From assembly GCF_011386835.1 (NCBI RefSeq), contig NC_088805.1, forward strand, positions 11,532,001 through 11,596,000: a DNA stretch of 64,000 nucleotides, in the 5' to 3' direction. The notes beneath the pieces are model-generated. The model was not told the DNA's origin, made no database searches, and saw only the letters and a list, made by a program, of their open reading frames with translations. Of the stretch, positions 35,901-49,222 are shown one piece after another. The first letter of the stretch is position 1, and every line of letters begins with the position of its first letter. Made by a program: the position numbers and the translations under genes. Origin of the DNA: Chrysemys picta bellii (taxonomy: Eukaryota).

Positions 35901-38900
35901 AGACGAGATGAGGTGAGAATTGTAATGCCATGTCTGCAAGGCCTCTTTTTATGGGCCGAGAGGATCACTCTGACTTGCTAGTTAGGTCTCCTGTGTTCCC
36001 TTTCTGGGCTAGGAAGGGCAAGAACCCTGAGGTGGTAACATCGCTGAGACGCCAGATTGAGTGATATCAGAACAACTTTGCACCATCTCAGAAGAGGATG
36101 CTCTTTGGTCTGAGACTCCTTCAATAACAAGACCAGTGAAACTAACAGAAGTACAGTCTGAGGAATGGGTATATAGACAGGCCACATACATATTGTGAAA
36201 CACAGGTTCTTCATGAAAATGATCTTAGTAATACAGTTTTCAGTTCCTAAATCTGTGACATATTTATGTCCAACCACTTGTGTATTCTGAATCCCACATT
36301 ATGAAATATTTAGCAAAGTAATCTGACTAGCCTTGATGTGATCTAGTGAGGCATAAAGGCAGATCAGGAATCCTTTCATGCTGATTTATACTATGGGTGG
36401 TTAGCCTCCCCCCACTTGGCATATATACCCATGTTACACCCATTTTTTAAAAATTAGCAATTTAATCTACAAATATCACATATTCAGTTACTATATTTTC
36501 TGAGTTCTAATTCTGTCCACTTCAACTATATGGAAACTAATCTAAAATCATGAAATCTCTGGAATGATCCTAAAGCTTGCAATACTGGCTCTTTAAAGGG
36601 ATATTGTCATTTTAAAAATAGCTTTTGTTACCCATGTCGCTAATCCTGAACAACTAGTTTTAAAAATAAAGCTTTCACTTTCACTACATAGGTTGCTTTT
36701 ACACTTCCATTTGTACAATGGAAAAAGATTACTCAATCTTAACTTTCAAGTTCCTTTGCATTTCTAATGCTGCAGTATTAGATCTTCAGGCCTGGAGTGG
36801 GAGAAGGTGAGTAGGTAGGGGTAGTGCATTTCCCTGTATTCCATTGAAGGGAATGGACCTGTGTTTGTGCTGATAGGTTGCAGTGTACCAGCTTCCAGAA
36901 AATTCTAACCAGACCTCTGTCTTGTTTGTTTTGTGGGTTTTTCATTTTTTAGGTAGCAGAGGTTCAACGGGCAGAGTTCAGCCCTGCCCAGTTCTCTGGT
37001 CCAAAGAAGATTAGTCTGAACCACTTATTGAACTTCACCTTTGAACCCCGTGGCCAAGCAGGTCACTTTGATGGGAATGGACATGGCAACTGGGGGAAAA
37101 GGAACAAATGGGGACACAAACCCTTCAACAAAGAGCTCTTCCTACAGGCCAAGTGAGTGGAAGATCAGCAGGGCTCCTAGACATTCATATGAATGAGCTT
37201 TAAGGGACTGTGTATTCACTCTGTAGGTGACTGAGTCAGGGAATTATGTATTTAATTATACTGAACGTTGGTGGTGGTGGTGGTTCTTCCCTCCCTCCTC
37301 CCCTCCCCCCCCCTTGTATTGGTTACTGAAGTTCTGCTCCACTGGTTCTGTCTTCACAGTATTGGTGCAAGGGTTACCTTGTGTGTATACAGAAGGGTGA
37401 AATATGTTCTTTTCCTGATTTATAAAAGGAGATATTGGTATCTGACAGAAAACAAAGGAAATGCAGTTAAAGGGACTGAGTGTGAAGGATGGAAAGGGTA
37501 ACATACCCTTCTGCCCAAATACTCAAGCACCACCTGTAAAATTTAATATACCCTGTTGGGTCCAGGAAGACCTGTGGTCCCTTTAACACTTAAGTAGTTC
37601 ATATTTTTTTTCTAACTCAAGTAATGCAGTATAAACAAAACAAACTCAATCCATCTTAGTACAATGAGATGTTAAAACTTGCTGCTTTTGGGATCAAAGC
37701 AAGTCTCAGTTTTTAAGTCCTCGTGTGCAGAGGTCTTTGTTTTTAAACAGATACATTGTAATAGTTACTCTTTATCTTTAAAGGTGACTTGAATAATTTT
37801 AACTTGTGTAGAAATATGTACTGAATGCATCAATAATCAAGGTAGTCAGTCAGTTTAGGAGATGAACTTTTTTTTTTCCAAGCTAATGTATTAATGGCTT
37901 TATCTCTAATTTGGGGCAGGTTCAACATTTTCTGTATCTGATCACCACCTTTAAGACCATGAAAAGTACTGCTAAAATTGCAGTCATTGGCATTTTTGTA
38001 TACTATGGTAAAATGTGAATATACTTTATTTGTATAGAGACTTATTATAGCACTTGTCTGAATAGTATGTGATTTTCTCCCCCCCCCCCCCCCCCCCGCC
38101 TTGTGTTCTGCCTATTTCAATAGTTTCCTTTATAGAAAGCTGTTTCCTCTGCATAAGTTCCCTTTTGTTTAGTCTGTATTCAGACAAGAACTCCAGGCAG
38201 GATGGCCAAACTGCAGGGAGGAGAACTGTGTCCAAAGAAGTTAGCCCTGTTAGGTTCACTAATGGTAACTGCTGGCCATTGTCAGCCTAGATGCCAAGTC
38301 TTTTCACATACCCAGCATGTGGCTGTGCTAGGCTTTCTTGGGTCCTGTCTTTAAAGACAGGACTGACTTGGTCTCTTGAGGATCTTAATGCAAAGGCCAC
38401 TTCTGCTATCACCTGGACAGTTGGAATAGGTGACTTATTAATTTATGATGCCTTTGTGTCTTCCATCCAGCTGCCAGTTTGTGGTGTCTGAGGAACAGGA
38501 CTACACAGTGAACTTTGCTGACCCAGATACCTTGGTCAACTGGGACTTTGTGGAGCAAGTGGTCAGTAGTGATGGGATGGGTTTTTAAAACTTATTTCTC
38601 TTCATCTACCTATCTAATATAAAAAAGTGCCTACCTGTTGCTCTAGTTGCATTTGACATAATGTGAATTTAGTTGCCATCAAATCTCATTCCTTCCAGTA
38701 TTGCATGAGTGACAAAAGAGAATCCGATAGGGAATTACTTTTGAAAGACTCTGTATGTGACAGGAGCTTAAGACTACCAAAGACTGTTATGAGGAAGAAG
38801 ATTATCTTCCTCCATGCTTTATAGATGGAAGTTGATTAGGAATATTAAGTGTGTTTTCTGACACTTTTTTTCCCCATAGTATTATGCAGAAATGTGGTCA

Positions 38901-41900
38901 GCCTTCTGACAAGGTCACAGGGATGGAGTTGATGGAAGTGTGCTGTGTAGAATGCTTTTACAGACTCTTATCCTGTGCATGGGCAAACGTCTTTTTCCTC
39001 ACAACAAAAATCTGTAGCTACTTGAGGCACCCCAGGATTCCACCCAGATCTAGAAAATAGCTGTCTCTCTCTCAATACTTAGTCTATGATGCAGCGCATG
39101 CATTTGGGAGGGGGCATGTTTACTGTTATCCTGAGCTTGATGCTGCTTTGGAAACTCATGCATGTACACACTTCCCCCAATAGTCTTAAACAGACTAAAT
39201 ATACAATACATTACATCTGTCTACTCTTCTAATATAATTTGTTTAGAAATTTAGGACCCGTCGATTTTCTTTAATCGGGGAGATGCAGAGATGTTTAGTT
39301 GTGTAATTAGGTTGTAAAGTCAATAAGGTGACACCAAGAAGTCCACTGCTGCCTGCAAGATTAGTTGCTTTCAGATGACAATGCTAGTAATCCTGGAGTT
39401 GGGGGTCAGTGAACATATGAAAAGGGAAACCAATCTGATACCAAGCCTTGTACATTGAAGAGTCTGAGAACAATACCCTGTAGATGGCTGTACCAACTAC
39501 CCTATCACACTTAGCAGGAACAATGTTTTTAAAACCATATGATCAATTTCTTGGTGACTGAAGGAATCTACCCTCCTGAGGTCCCTGCTTTCTTGGAAAG
39601 GTTCCAGTCTGTCTTGTCTTTCTCTAGAGGGCGAAAATATTTGGCCAACTTTGCAACAAGTTCCTGAACAGATATCTCAATTTATAATCTCTAGCTTTAG
39701 TAACTTATTTGTATTATGCTTCTCTTATGGCCATCCAGCGAATTTGTAGCCATGAAGTGCCCTCCTGCCCAATATGCCTGTATCCACCTACTGCAGCCAA
39801 GATCACCCGTTGTGGGCATATCTTCTGCTGGGCATGCATTCTGCACTATCTCTCCCTGAGTGAGAGAACCTGGAGCAAATGTCCCATCTGTTATGGGTCT
39901 ATTCACAAGAAGGATCTCAAGAGGTAAGACTTGCAGGCAATTCAAATCTCTTCAGCTTTCTGTAAAGTTAATTCTTGCTACTTAGGCTATTCCTGTGTTG
40001 CAGTGTTGTTGCTATGGAAACACGCCAGTATGCAATTGGTGACACCATTACAATGCAGCTAATGAGAAGGGAGAAAAGTGTTTTGGTAGCATTGCCCAAA
40101 TCCAAGTGGCTGAATGTAGAGCACCCCATTCATCTTGGAGGTGAGTACTTGTGAAGACTCTCCCAGAACGTTGGCTGCATGTATGACTAAAACTTGAATG
40201 TGGAAGCTGGTTGCTATGGGGAAACCTCACTCTAGGTGCATTTATATTGGTCCGATTATAAGACATTGCTTTCAAATACTGATCAAATTAACTACCACCT
40301 CTTAAATGACTACCATGCAGTGTCCTACTCCATAACTCCCTTCCATAAGCTTGCAACATACATACTTCTCTAGTTTCTGTGCTGCAAGGCCCTGCCATAC
40401 CAGAATAATTTACAGAACAAGCCAACATTAAGTAATTCATAACTATTAGTGTATCACTGCAGAGTTCACTTCCTTTTGTTGGTCTCTGTTTTTGTTCCCC
40501 ATGTGTCTTTGTTTTGGTCTCCCCTTCCCTCCAGCCCTTGGCTCAGCAGCAGAGTGAATTATTTTACATTTGACTTATTCTGTAGTTCGGGGGTAGGCAA
40601 CCTATGGCACGCGAGCTGATTTTCAGCAGCACTCACACTGCCCGGGTCCCGGCCACTGGTCAGGGGGGCTCTGCATTTTAATTTAATTTTTAAATGAAGC
40701 TTCTTAAACATTTTAAAAACCTTATTTACTTTACATACAACAATAGTTTAGTTATATATTATAGACTTAGAACTTCTAAATGTTAAAATGTATTACTGGC
40801 ACGTGAAACCTTAAATTCGAATGAATAAATGAAGACTCAGCACACCACTTCTTCTGAAAGGTTGCCGACCCCTGCTGTAGTTTATGCTAGATTATTTCAG
40901 AGATGCTGTGTGTAGCAACAGCATATGCATGCTTCTACCAGTGGAATCTCCTAGTGGGGAAAACTATTACCTATCTGGGGCTTGATCATAAAATATTAGG
41001 GTTGGAAGGGACCTCAAGAGGTCATCTAGTCCAACCCCTTGCTCAAAGCAGGACCAATCCCCAAACAGATTTTTTGCCCCAGATCCCTAAATGGCCCCCT
41101 CAAGGATTGAACTCACAACCGTGGGTTTAGCAGGCCAATGCTCAAACCACTGAGCTATCCCTCCCTGAGCTGTTCCATATACCTCATAATTTTTGTCTTC
41201 CCTGCTCTGTAACTTTTCTAGTTATTTAGACAGTGTCCTACATTTAATTGCCAAAATTAGATTATCCCATCATACCATCCCCTCCATACATTTAAAGCAT
41301 TCAGGGATACGACAATGATACAACTTGTGTGACTGACAAGGTTCTTCATATTATCACTGCTGCTTTATGGGTTATTTTCACCTGTGGTCTTTCAACCAAT
41401 CCTATAAGGGAGGAAATAGTTTAAACTTAGCTCTAAAGGTCAGTGTCCCCCAATATAGGATCCTGGAGCATAGAACTCATTTCAGATGTTTGCCTTGGAT
41501 ATTTAGAAAATTAAGATTGAGTGTGCATCAGTAACTTTGGGTAAACAAAACATACAGCACTACAGGATATTGTAAGTCTTGGTGTCAGGATAACTGCAAA
41601 TGCAGAAAATTTCAGCATTAAGCTTGCACTTAAAAGAAATCCAAATATGGCAAAATATGCAAGATGCACAGACAAGATTCTCTCTTCCTCCTTTCCCTGC
41701 CCCCCCCCCCCCCCCCTTAATTTTGCCCTGTAGTGACACTATGAAATTGGGGTGAGGATTGGATTTGGAGGAATGAAGATATCTACTGTCCTTCTAAAAG
41801 TTTGTTTCTAATCTGGGATTTCAAACACTGAAATTGCTTTTATTAACTGGGACAGAGAGCAAAAGGAATATTTTTGTCACTGTTTAAACTTTCAGTTTAA

Positions 41901-44900
41901 TACCAAACTGAGATTGAGTTCCCCACCCTCAGAATGAGAGCCAGCATCCTCTGAGGTCCTCCATCAAAATGAGGGAAGACCAGACTTGCCATTCCTGATG
42001 CTGCTAGCGGGTTAAGGCAGGAAATACCTTCTAGGCACTGCTTATTTCATAGAGACCAAAGCCCATTCCTTTTTTTTTTTTTGTTTTTTGTTTTTGTTTT
42101 TTTTGTTTTTAAAGCCCTTTTGTGGGTTCTTTAAATGTGTAGAGTGTTTGTTTGATGTGACCAAGTCACTAAAACAAATTTCTAGTGCAGAAATTGTTGT
42201 TGAATGTTTATGGAGACTTAACTTCATAACTTGCTATTGGGATTTATGATAAACTGATCTCCTATCTCAGTAACTTCTCGTCAACAACACTGCTTATGTG
42301 CAGATCTAGTCTTCCTAGTAGATTTGCCCACAATGAGAGAGTAGATGAGTTTTTAATAGGAATGGGAGAGTTGAAATTGGAGCTTGCTGCACATTGGGTG
42401 TCTACAAAGGACGTCTTACTGATATTCTTTCCCTGGCCAGATGAGCAGCACAGCCAATTCTCTAAGCTGCTGCTGGCATCCAGGGAGCAGGTGCTGCAGT
42501 GGGTGATCTTGGAAGAGAAAACCGCATTACTACAACAGTATGAGGAGGAAAAAAACACCCCTGAAGCTTGCTTTATTGAGGCAGCTATCCAGGAACTGAA
42601 GGTGAGGACCCCCAGTTGTGGTGGATGTTAATGGTTACTTGATGCTGACAACATTTTTAATGGAGGCCAAGTATCCACAGTGGGTTTGGTTTTGGGGGAG
42701 GGAGTGAGATGAGAATCCTTTAATAATCTCAATATAGAGATTATTTTTGGAAATGTGTGATGATTCAGTATTTGCAGTAGTAATGAAAGAAAATAGTTTA
42801 AAATTTCAAATATTCTTCCTTTGGGGCACAGAATATGGCAAGGTAGCTTGATATTAAGGACAGCACCTGATCAAAAGCAGCAATATAAACACTGAAAGGG
42901 AATAAGAACTACATGCACCCCAATCACCGACTGAACTCTGCCACCTGGAATGCCACCAGCCTCTGAATAGTGTCTTAACTGCAGAGGTAGTTGTGGAAGC
43001 TTACTGTTGGTGAAGCCAGGCTCTCCTTGTGTCAGGAATAGCTTATTCTTGGGATAATGATTCTTTAACCAAACCTGCAGGCAGTTGCTTGTTTCAAAGC
43101 CAGTATGTTGCAGATAGCCTGCAGAGGTCATTTCTAAGTAAGCTGGTGTCTCCCTCTATTTTAGAAGTGGCTACTGGGTGAGGGAGAATCTTGATCTCTG
43201 GCAGTCTGAGACACTAGGGGAGGGAATACTGACGTTTATCATCTGTCTTCTGGAATAAGTAAACTGAAATGTGTTCTTTTTGGGGTGGCCTGTAGGATCG
43301 AGAGAAGACTCTAACTTCATTGGACCAGAGTAGCGATAGCGATGTCGCAGGAGCCACAGCAGCTGTAGAAGAATTGGTCCTGATGGAACCTTCTGTGACC
43401 AGGGAGCCTGCAGTTTCCCAGGAGAAAAAGGTGGGTGTTTTTTGGTCCCCTTTTCTCCCCCAGGACAAGCACAGTTAAAATCTAACTCCACCTCCTCACT
43501 CTAGTGTAAGGTGAGCAGGCACTGAGGATATCTACCCTTCTCAGAAAGAAGAACAGGAGGACTTGTGGCACCTTAGAGACCTCCTGTTCTTCTTTTTGCG
43601 GATACAGACTAACACGGCTGCTACTCTGAAACTTACCCTTCTCAGAGCATTTGTGTACCAGAGATTATAGTTGGATACTGACTCTACACTGTTTGTTCTA
43701 TAGCAGTGTGTTCTGGAATATCTTTCTGCATTTGATGAAGAGATGGTGGAAGCCCGCTCCAATTCTAGAAGCTCCTTTCCTCTTCCCCTGGAAGCAGAAG
43801 AGGAGGAGGTAGCGGAGGTGGACACTGAGGCAGTACCAGATGTGAATGCTACAAAAGAAACTAATCCATCAGAAAGTAACTACCAGGAATCTAAAGTTAC
43901 AGCCAACAGTGGACGTTTGAGCAACAACTCTCCTTTTTACTATTTCTATCAAGGTTAGTGGAATGGAGTCTGTTTCTGGAGGGGAGAGGTAAATGTTCAC
44001 CAAAAAAAGTGCCCCGGAGGAGGCATTTGTAGCTTGTTAATTAACCCCTATGAAACACAATTCTTCACAGATGAGTCTAAACTTTCTTACCATTAATGTT
44101 TGACACTTTGTGGGGAGGGGGATGGCTTTGAGAAATCAGTAGTTCCAGGGGAGTTAAGGGTGAGTGGGAAGTAGAGAAGTGACAAGCGAATTTCTTCCCT
44201 TGTAGCGGAGGATGGACAGTGTATGTATCTTCATCCTGTGAATGTTCGCTGTCTTGTTCGTGAGTATGGCAGCCTGGAGAACAGTCCAGAGAAGCTCACT
44301 GCAGCTGTGGTGGAGATAACTGGCTACTCTATGACAGAGGTAATTGCTGTAGCTTTCCCTTGTGTTATCAATCATGGCCTTTTTCTTAGGGAGGGCAGTT
44401 GAGAGCTGATGGTGGGTAAGATACTACTAGGAAAAGGTAACTTACAGTGGTTGTCAAGCACTTTCCAATACTTGCTGAAGCACTTTTTCCAGGCTGGGAG
44501 TAGGGTTGGGATCCACTTCAGGCACCTTTGGAAGCAGCAATGTCGAATATAGATTCCCCTGAATTGACTGGATTCGTTGGTGTTGCTTCTGTTTCCTCTT
44601 CCTGAGAACAGATGAATGGGGAGTACTTGGCATAACAGTTTCCAAGACAGGTTCCCAGAATTTCAAGTGTTGAGTGGGTGAGAGTAATGTCACCTCCTAA
44701 AAAGCAGGTGACCTAGATGGTTGCGAAAGGAGAGACTTGCGGGTTCTGCTACAACAAGATATCAGATAGCTAGATATATATATTTCCCGCCCCCCCTCTC
44801 CTTTCAGGATATGCGACAGCGCCATCGTTACCTATGTCACTTGCCTCTCACCTGCGAGTTCAGCATCTGTGAACTGGCTCTGAAGCCACCTGTCATATCA

Positions 44901-47900
44901 AAGGAGACCCTAGAGACATTTTCTGGTTGGTACTTTCGTTCCTTTTCCCAACATGTCCCGTAACCATAAAGAGTTTGGAAGAAGGGATGTTATTTCTGTG
45001 GCTGGGAGGGCAAATGAATAACAGGAATGTAAAAGGTTGGCTTGCTGCTCAGTCACCCTAGTTCATGATGATCCTAGCTAGAATTAGGAATTGCCCTGTT
45101 CAGGTTAAGGAACTCCTCTGACTTGTCTGCAACAGGTGAGGTTTTTATTTGTGTGGATTAGACAAACAGTTTGGGAGAGAAGAGTATGGATTAGGGTGGG
45201 ACACTGCACTAACTGCTTATGAATAAGTTGTTGATCACCTAGTAATAGTGTCTCCAAAACTGGAAAAAGCTTTACCAAGTATTGGCTTTTACCTGGCTTC
45301 CTATGATTTGTGACACTTAGATGACATTGAAAAGAGGAAACGCCTGCGGCAGAAAAAAGCTCGTGATGAGCGGCGTCGGGAACGCAGAATTGAGATGGAG
45401 GAGAATAAGAAGCAGGGCAAGTGTAAGTATCCCTTAACCACAACTGGTGGGTTTCTATGTCTCCAAATCCTGGGAAGGTGTGAGGTTTGCAGATTAGGGG
45501 TTAATACTTTGGGGTGAAGGTTGGGGGGCCTGCCATGATTAACAGGGTATTCACTTGTAACCTTGCCATAAACTGGGCTTGCTGTAGCACTCTAGCACCC
45601 TTTCCTTGTATGGTGAGATCATAAATTGCACTAGCTGGGTCAAATAAGTGTTTAACAGAAACGACACAACTAACATACTTCTGAACCATGCCCAACACAT
45701 TGCAAGCCCCCCACCACATTCTTCAGCTTCAATGGAAAGGATATACTCATAGAATATCAGGGTTGGAAGGGACTTCAGGAGATCTAGTCCAAACCCCTGC
45801 TCAAACCAGGACCTAGATAGATTTTTTTTTTTTTTTTAACCCCAGTTCCCTAAATGGCCCCCTCAAGGATTGAACTCACAACCCTGGGTTTAGCAGGCCA
45901 ATGCTCAAACCACTGAGCTATTCCCCCCCCCCGTATTCATGTAACTCCCAGGATTGTTTCTAAATCCAAACTAATCCCTTCAACTAGAAAGGTGAAGGAA
46001 GAACAAACATCTGCATAGGGATTACCTCCACGCAGCAGCAAGGCTTCTATTTAGGTTGTTTTTTTCTCCAGGTGGCAGTATTGTTACTTTCCCTTCAAGG
46101 AAGAGACCACTCCCAAAGCCCCTGAAACAACTTGACACTTGCACACCTGTGACCCATTGCTCCATATTAAGCAATGTTCTTATTAAAAACTTTTTCTGGC
46201 TTTCTCTAGATCCTGAGGTCCACATTGCTTTAGAGAACCTGCAGCAGTTTCCTGCCTTCAGTGCTTGCTCAGGAGAACTCATCAGCAGTGATAACCAGAG
46301 CTCCTCTTTGTCCCTTCTTGGCAGAAGCTCTGTCTCTCTCACAGGTGAGCAGCTGGAAGAATGCATAGAGGGATTGATGCAGTCCCTCCCTCAAGCTTTC
46401 TGACTCAGAACACCAAGCTAGGCTTTCATTGCTGGCCACAGAACCTTTGGGTATTAGTGGTGAAATCCAAAAGTTCAACACCCAGAAATAGGACTAAAGT
46501 ATAGATCTCCATAAGTGGTGTTGCCTATCTTCCACTATGTCTTGTCTATATCCTGGGTCTGAGCATTGCACTGCAGCCACCACTTACAAGAAGCCTTGTA
46601 TTGTAGGAAAAGGAATAGCTACTTCCAAGAAATTGGACCCCCACACCCAAGGGGAGCTGGGAAGGTTTGTAAGTAACTGTACAATTCTGCCTTGGGTGAA
46701 CCACCATTTATTTTTCTTTTGTGTATTGTAACCTGAAATATGCTACCCTTGGCACTGAATATAGGATACGTTTTCCTGTGTAGTCCCAAGAAGGATCAAG
46801 TCAGTGACTCCACCTTAGGTGTATCTCATTTTGGGGTCTCCTTTCCAGCCTTCCGAGACAGTTCTTGGTCACTTGCTCTCTAGTAAAAGTGTCCCTGTAT
46901 AAAAACATCTTGGGACAGTCTATATAAGAGGCTAAATAGCAGAGGGGGAAACTGAAATATTGACAAGATATGTTGAGATGAAAGCTGAAAATTATGGGCT
47001 ATAATGCTTTGTTTGACTTGGCTGCACCAGCTTCTTTCTCCTCCATTGCACAAATGTGGGATTTTGCTCATGTAATTAGCTTTCCTGTTAACTGACTGAA
47101 TTTTCTCTACAGAGTCTGTCTCAACTCCATTGGCAACTGCTGCTAGCCTGGCTAGCCCACCACTCTGTATTGGAAGCCTGGAAGAAGAGTCTCCCTTACC
47201 CTCCTTTGCCCAGGTAAATCCTCTTCCCTTAAAGTTGCATATGGAACAGAACACCCAGCTGACTATCCTACTTGCTGTTTCCTCACTGGTCTGAAGTTTA
47301 AGACCTCCAAGCATGGTCTTAGTGGCTGCTAAGATGGGATGGTCCCTCTGCTCTTCAGTTAATCAGTGATAATGTTTGGCAAAAGACCCATAATACTGGG
47401 CCAAGTCCTGTTTTCTGGCTTGAAAGTTGTATTGTACAAAAGGCCTGGATTTCCTTACAACTTCTGGGGGTGTGGGAGGGGATGCTGACAGATAGGTCTT
47501 GATCTGCTTTCTTATGCACACTTTTTTTCCCCCCTCCCTTGGTAGATGTTGAGAGTTGGAAAAGCAAAGCCAGAAATGTGGCCCAAAGCTGCCTCAAACA
47601 CAAGAGGTAAGGAAACCCTACCTCCAGTGATTATCTTGCATAATTTCAGGTGTAATGGCTACTGAATAAAAGCACTTTTTTACAAACTCAGCAACACAAC
47701 TCTTCCATCATCTGTGGCCTTTCTAGAAATCTCCTTTCTTCCAGATCAGAATACCCTGGCACCTCCTGTTCCAGTGGATAGTGATGGAGAGAGTGACAAC
47801 TCTGACCGTATGCCTGTGCCCAGCTTCCAGAATTCCTTTAGCCAAGCTATTGAGGCAGCCTTCCTGAAGTTGGACAAGCCATCCACATCTGACCCCCTCT

Positions 47901-49222
47901 CTGGTAAGAACAAAGCAGTCGGTCACCTAAAAAATCTAACATGCAGAGTTCCCTGACACTGGGAGTCCTCCCTCCCAGTGTACAGGGGCCATAAAAGCCC
48001 TATCACTGGCTGGGCAAGTTTCCCCCAGTGCTGGCACTGATTAAGGTTTATGAGCCCATGTCCTGGTGTAGTAGTGTAGTGGTATGTTGGGGATGGAACT
48101 GTAACCTACAATACTAGAACCATTCTGAACAGTTCTAGGTTGTGGAGCTGCTCAGAGGCAGCCTTAACATAGAGCTGCTCTAAGTTACAGTGGGAGTTGC
48201 ACCAGCCTCCAACAAGCCCAGAATTGTATAGGCACAGAGGTGGCTTAAAACCACCTTTGTCCCCTCTCTCCCTGGACTGGACCTCAGAGGCACAGCACAC
48301 AATTGTCTCTTGGGTATTCATCATGCACCAGCTTCTGCTGGCTTCTCCCTATGTGCAAGGATTGGGGTGAGCTAGGCCCACCTTTACCACATAACACCAA
48401 AGTTGTGGGGTTTTTTTGTGCTTCTGGCACACTCCAGTGATGAATTCTGCAGCCAATTGTAGTCATATAGAAGTTTCAAACTAATTCATATCTAGACACT
48501 TTCATTTAAATGAATGGACATTGATACACTAGTCCTTGTTCTTATGCTCAGTTTCATGCTTCCACAAAAGTTGCAGTGTATTGTGGACTCCATATTGACG
48601 ACCACTGTTGTAGAACTGTTTCTGGCAGTGGGAAGGAGATGTACTGTTTTTTTTTTTTTTTTTTTTTTTTTTTCTATCTTTTTTTCTAACCTTTTTATGA
48701 ATGGGGTTGAAGTGATCCCTTCTTTGGAGGTGAGCTAATCTATCACTTGCTACCCAATATCTGCCTGCATCCAGCAGCGTGATGGATAAGTATGTAAGTT
48801 CAGAGCTACTAAAATAAGTGCAATAAGATCAGCTCATACTGCTTGACTATTTCAAACTCTAGAGACCCAGAAAATAACCCATCAGATTGCATGTGTTTCA
48901 CCTTTGGACAGCTTCCTCTGTAGCCACCATAAGGGCTAGTACTGGACTTTTAAAAAAGTCCTAAAATTCTATAGCATTGTGTGGCAAAAATTCCATAGCA
49001 ATAGAAAACAAGGTCCTAGGTACCTACATTGAAACTAACCCTCCTCCCCAACCTATTAACCATTAAGTGGGAAGATCACTGTAGCTGAGGAGAAATATGG
49101 CTTAGTCGAAGCCAAAAAAATTTTTATAAATCTTTTTCTTTACAGAAGAAAAGGGAGGCAAGAAAAGAAAGAAACAGAAGCAGAAGCTGCTATTTAGCAC
49201 CTCAGTTGTCCACACAAAGTGA
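27073..49222 (+). CDS. RNF10: E3 ubiquitin ligase RING finger protein 10, join(27073..27235,35710..35912,36953..37152,38471..38561,39739..39923,40004..40140,42441..42601,43296..43430,43707..43953,44206..44339,44808..44925,45321..45422,46210..46344,47113..47213,47546..47606,47745..47903,49146..49222), 802 aa
   Basis: C3HC4 [46 protein letters not shown]; [17 protein letters not shown]; YYFYQAEDGQ; C-terminus [20 protein letters not shown]. Seventeen exons, 2409 nt, phases consistent. Confidence 0.97.
27913..28330 (-). mobile_element. tRNA-derived SINE with CR1 tail (turtle Pol III/SINE type), interrupted by a MITE
   Basis: Minus strand GGGGA[TA insert]TAGCTCAGTGGTTTGAGCACTGGCCTGCTAAACCCAGGGTTGAGAGTTCAATCC (A and B boxes), then CR1 tail gtcccttccaaccctgatattctatgat. 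Confidence 0.85.
28088..28323. mobile_element. Tigger/pogo-like MITE nested in the SINE head
   Basis: TA-flanked; TIR CCCTGTTTCCCCGAAAATAAGAC / GTCTTATTTTCGGGGAAACAGGG. Confidence 0.85.
30222..30375 (+). mobile_element. MIR/CORE-SINE remnant
   Basis: Degenerate core tttatttgtaaaatgggg...gatacttgcctgcttcc. Confidence 0.4.
34675..35069. mobile_element. PIF/Harbinger-like MITE
   Basis: TAA-GGGCATGTCTACAATAC start; degenerate right end ...gtagcagagatcaggcc. Confidence 0.55.
35710..35912 (+). CDS. RNF10: RNF10 exon 2
   Basis: [17 protein letters not shown]...NGGRRDE. Confidence 0.94.
36953..37152 (+). CDS. RNF10: RNF10 exon 3
   Basis: [28 protein letters not shown]...KELFLQAN. Confidence 0.95.
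38471..38561 (+). CDS. RNF10: RNF10 exon 4
   Basis: [30 protein letters not shown]. Confidence 0.95.
39739..39923 (+). CDS. RNF10: RNF10 exon 5 (RING)
   Basis: [17 protein letters not shown]...HKKDLK. Confidence 0.96.
40004..40140 (+). CDS. RNF10: RNF10 exon 6
   Basis: [46 protein letters not shown]; preceded by an 80-nt intron. Confidence 0.95.
40588..40874. mobile_element. hAT MITE in RNF10 intron 6
   Basis: TIR CGGGGGTAGGCAACCT / AGGTTGCCGACCCCTG; perfect TSD ctgtagtt. Confidence 0.85.
40985..41165 (-). mobile_element. tRNA-derived SINE with CR1 tail
   Basis: Same family as 27913-28330; A and B boxes intact. Confidence 0.85.
42441..42601 (+). CDS. RNF10: RNF10 exon 7
   Basis: [18 protein letters not shown]...[10 protein letters not shown]. 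Confidence 0.95.
43296..43430 (+). CDS. RNF10: RNF10 exon 8
   Basis: [45 protein letters not shown]. Confidence 0.9.
43546..43633. mobile_element. Truncated, partly inverted Penelope pLTR tail (no hammerhead)
   Basis: aagaacaggaggacttgtggcaccttagagac followed by ctcctgttctctttttgcggatacagactaacacggctgctactctgaaac. Confidence 0.65.
43707..43953 (+). CDS. RNF10: RNF10 exon 9 (alternative start 43704 via TAGCAG)
   Basis: [14 protein letters not shown]...NSPFYYFYQ. Confidence 0.9.
44206..44339 (+). CDS. RNF10: RNF10 exon 10
   Basis: [45 protein letters not shown]. Confidence 0.95.
44808..44925 (+). CDS. RNF10: RNF10 exon 11
   Basis: [39 protein letters not shown]. Confidence 0.95.
45321..45422 (+). 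CDS. RNF10: RNF10 exon 12
   Basis: [34 protein letters not shown]. Confidence 0.95.
45747..45932 (-). mobile_element. tRNA-derived SINE with CR1 tail
   Basis: Third copy of the same family. Confidence 0.85.
46210..46344 (+). CDS. RNF10: RNF10 exon 13
   Basis: [17 protein letters not shown]...RSSVSLT. Confidence 0.92.
47113..47213 (+). CDS. RNF10: RNF10 exon 14
   Basis: [34 protein letters not shown]. Confidence 0.92.
47546..47606 (+). CDS. RNF10: RNF10 exon 15
   Basis: [20 protein letters not shown]. Confidence 0.92.
47745..47903 (+). CDS. RNF10: RNF10 exon 16
   Basis: [53 protein letters not shown]. Confidence 0.95.
49146..49222 (+). CDS. RNF10: RNF10 exon 17 (last coding)
   Basis: [25 protein letters not shown]; TGA at 49220-49222. 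Confidence 0.95.

Noticed and set aside
38184-38264. 81-nt cassette exon candidate in RNF10 intron 3
   Set aside because: Moderate splice signals and an in-frame TAG; indistinguishable from chance without RNA data.
40985-41165. tRNA genes at the three SINE heads (also about 28020-28087 and 45855-45925)
   Set aside because: A and B boxes are present, but the acceptor and anticodon stems do not pair well, and each head is fused to a CR1 tail, which identifies a SINE.
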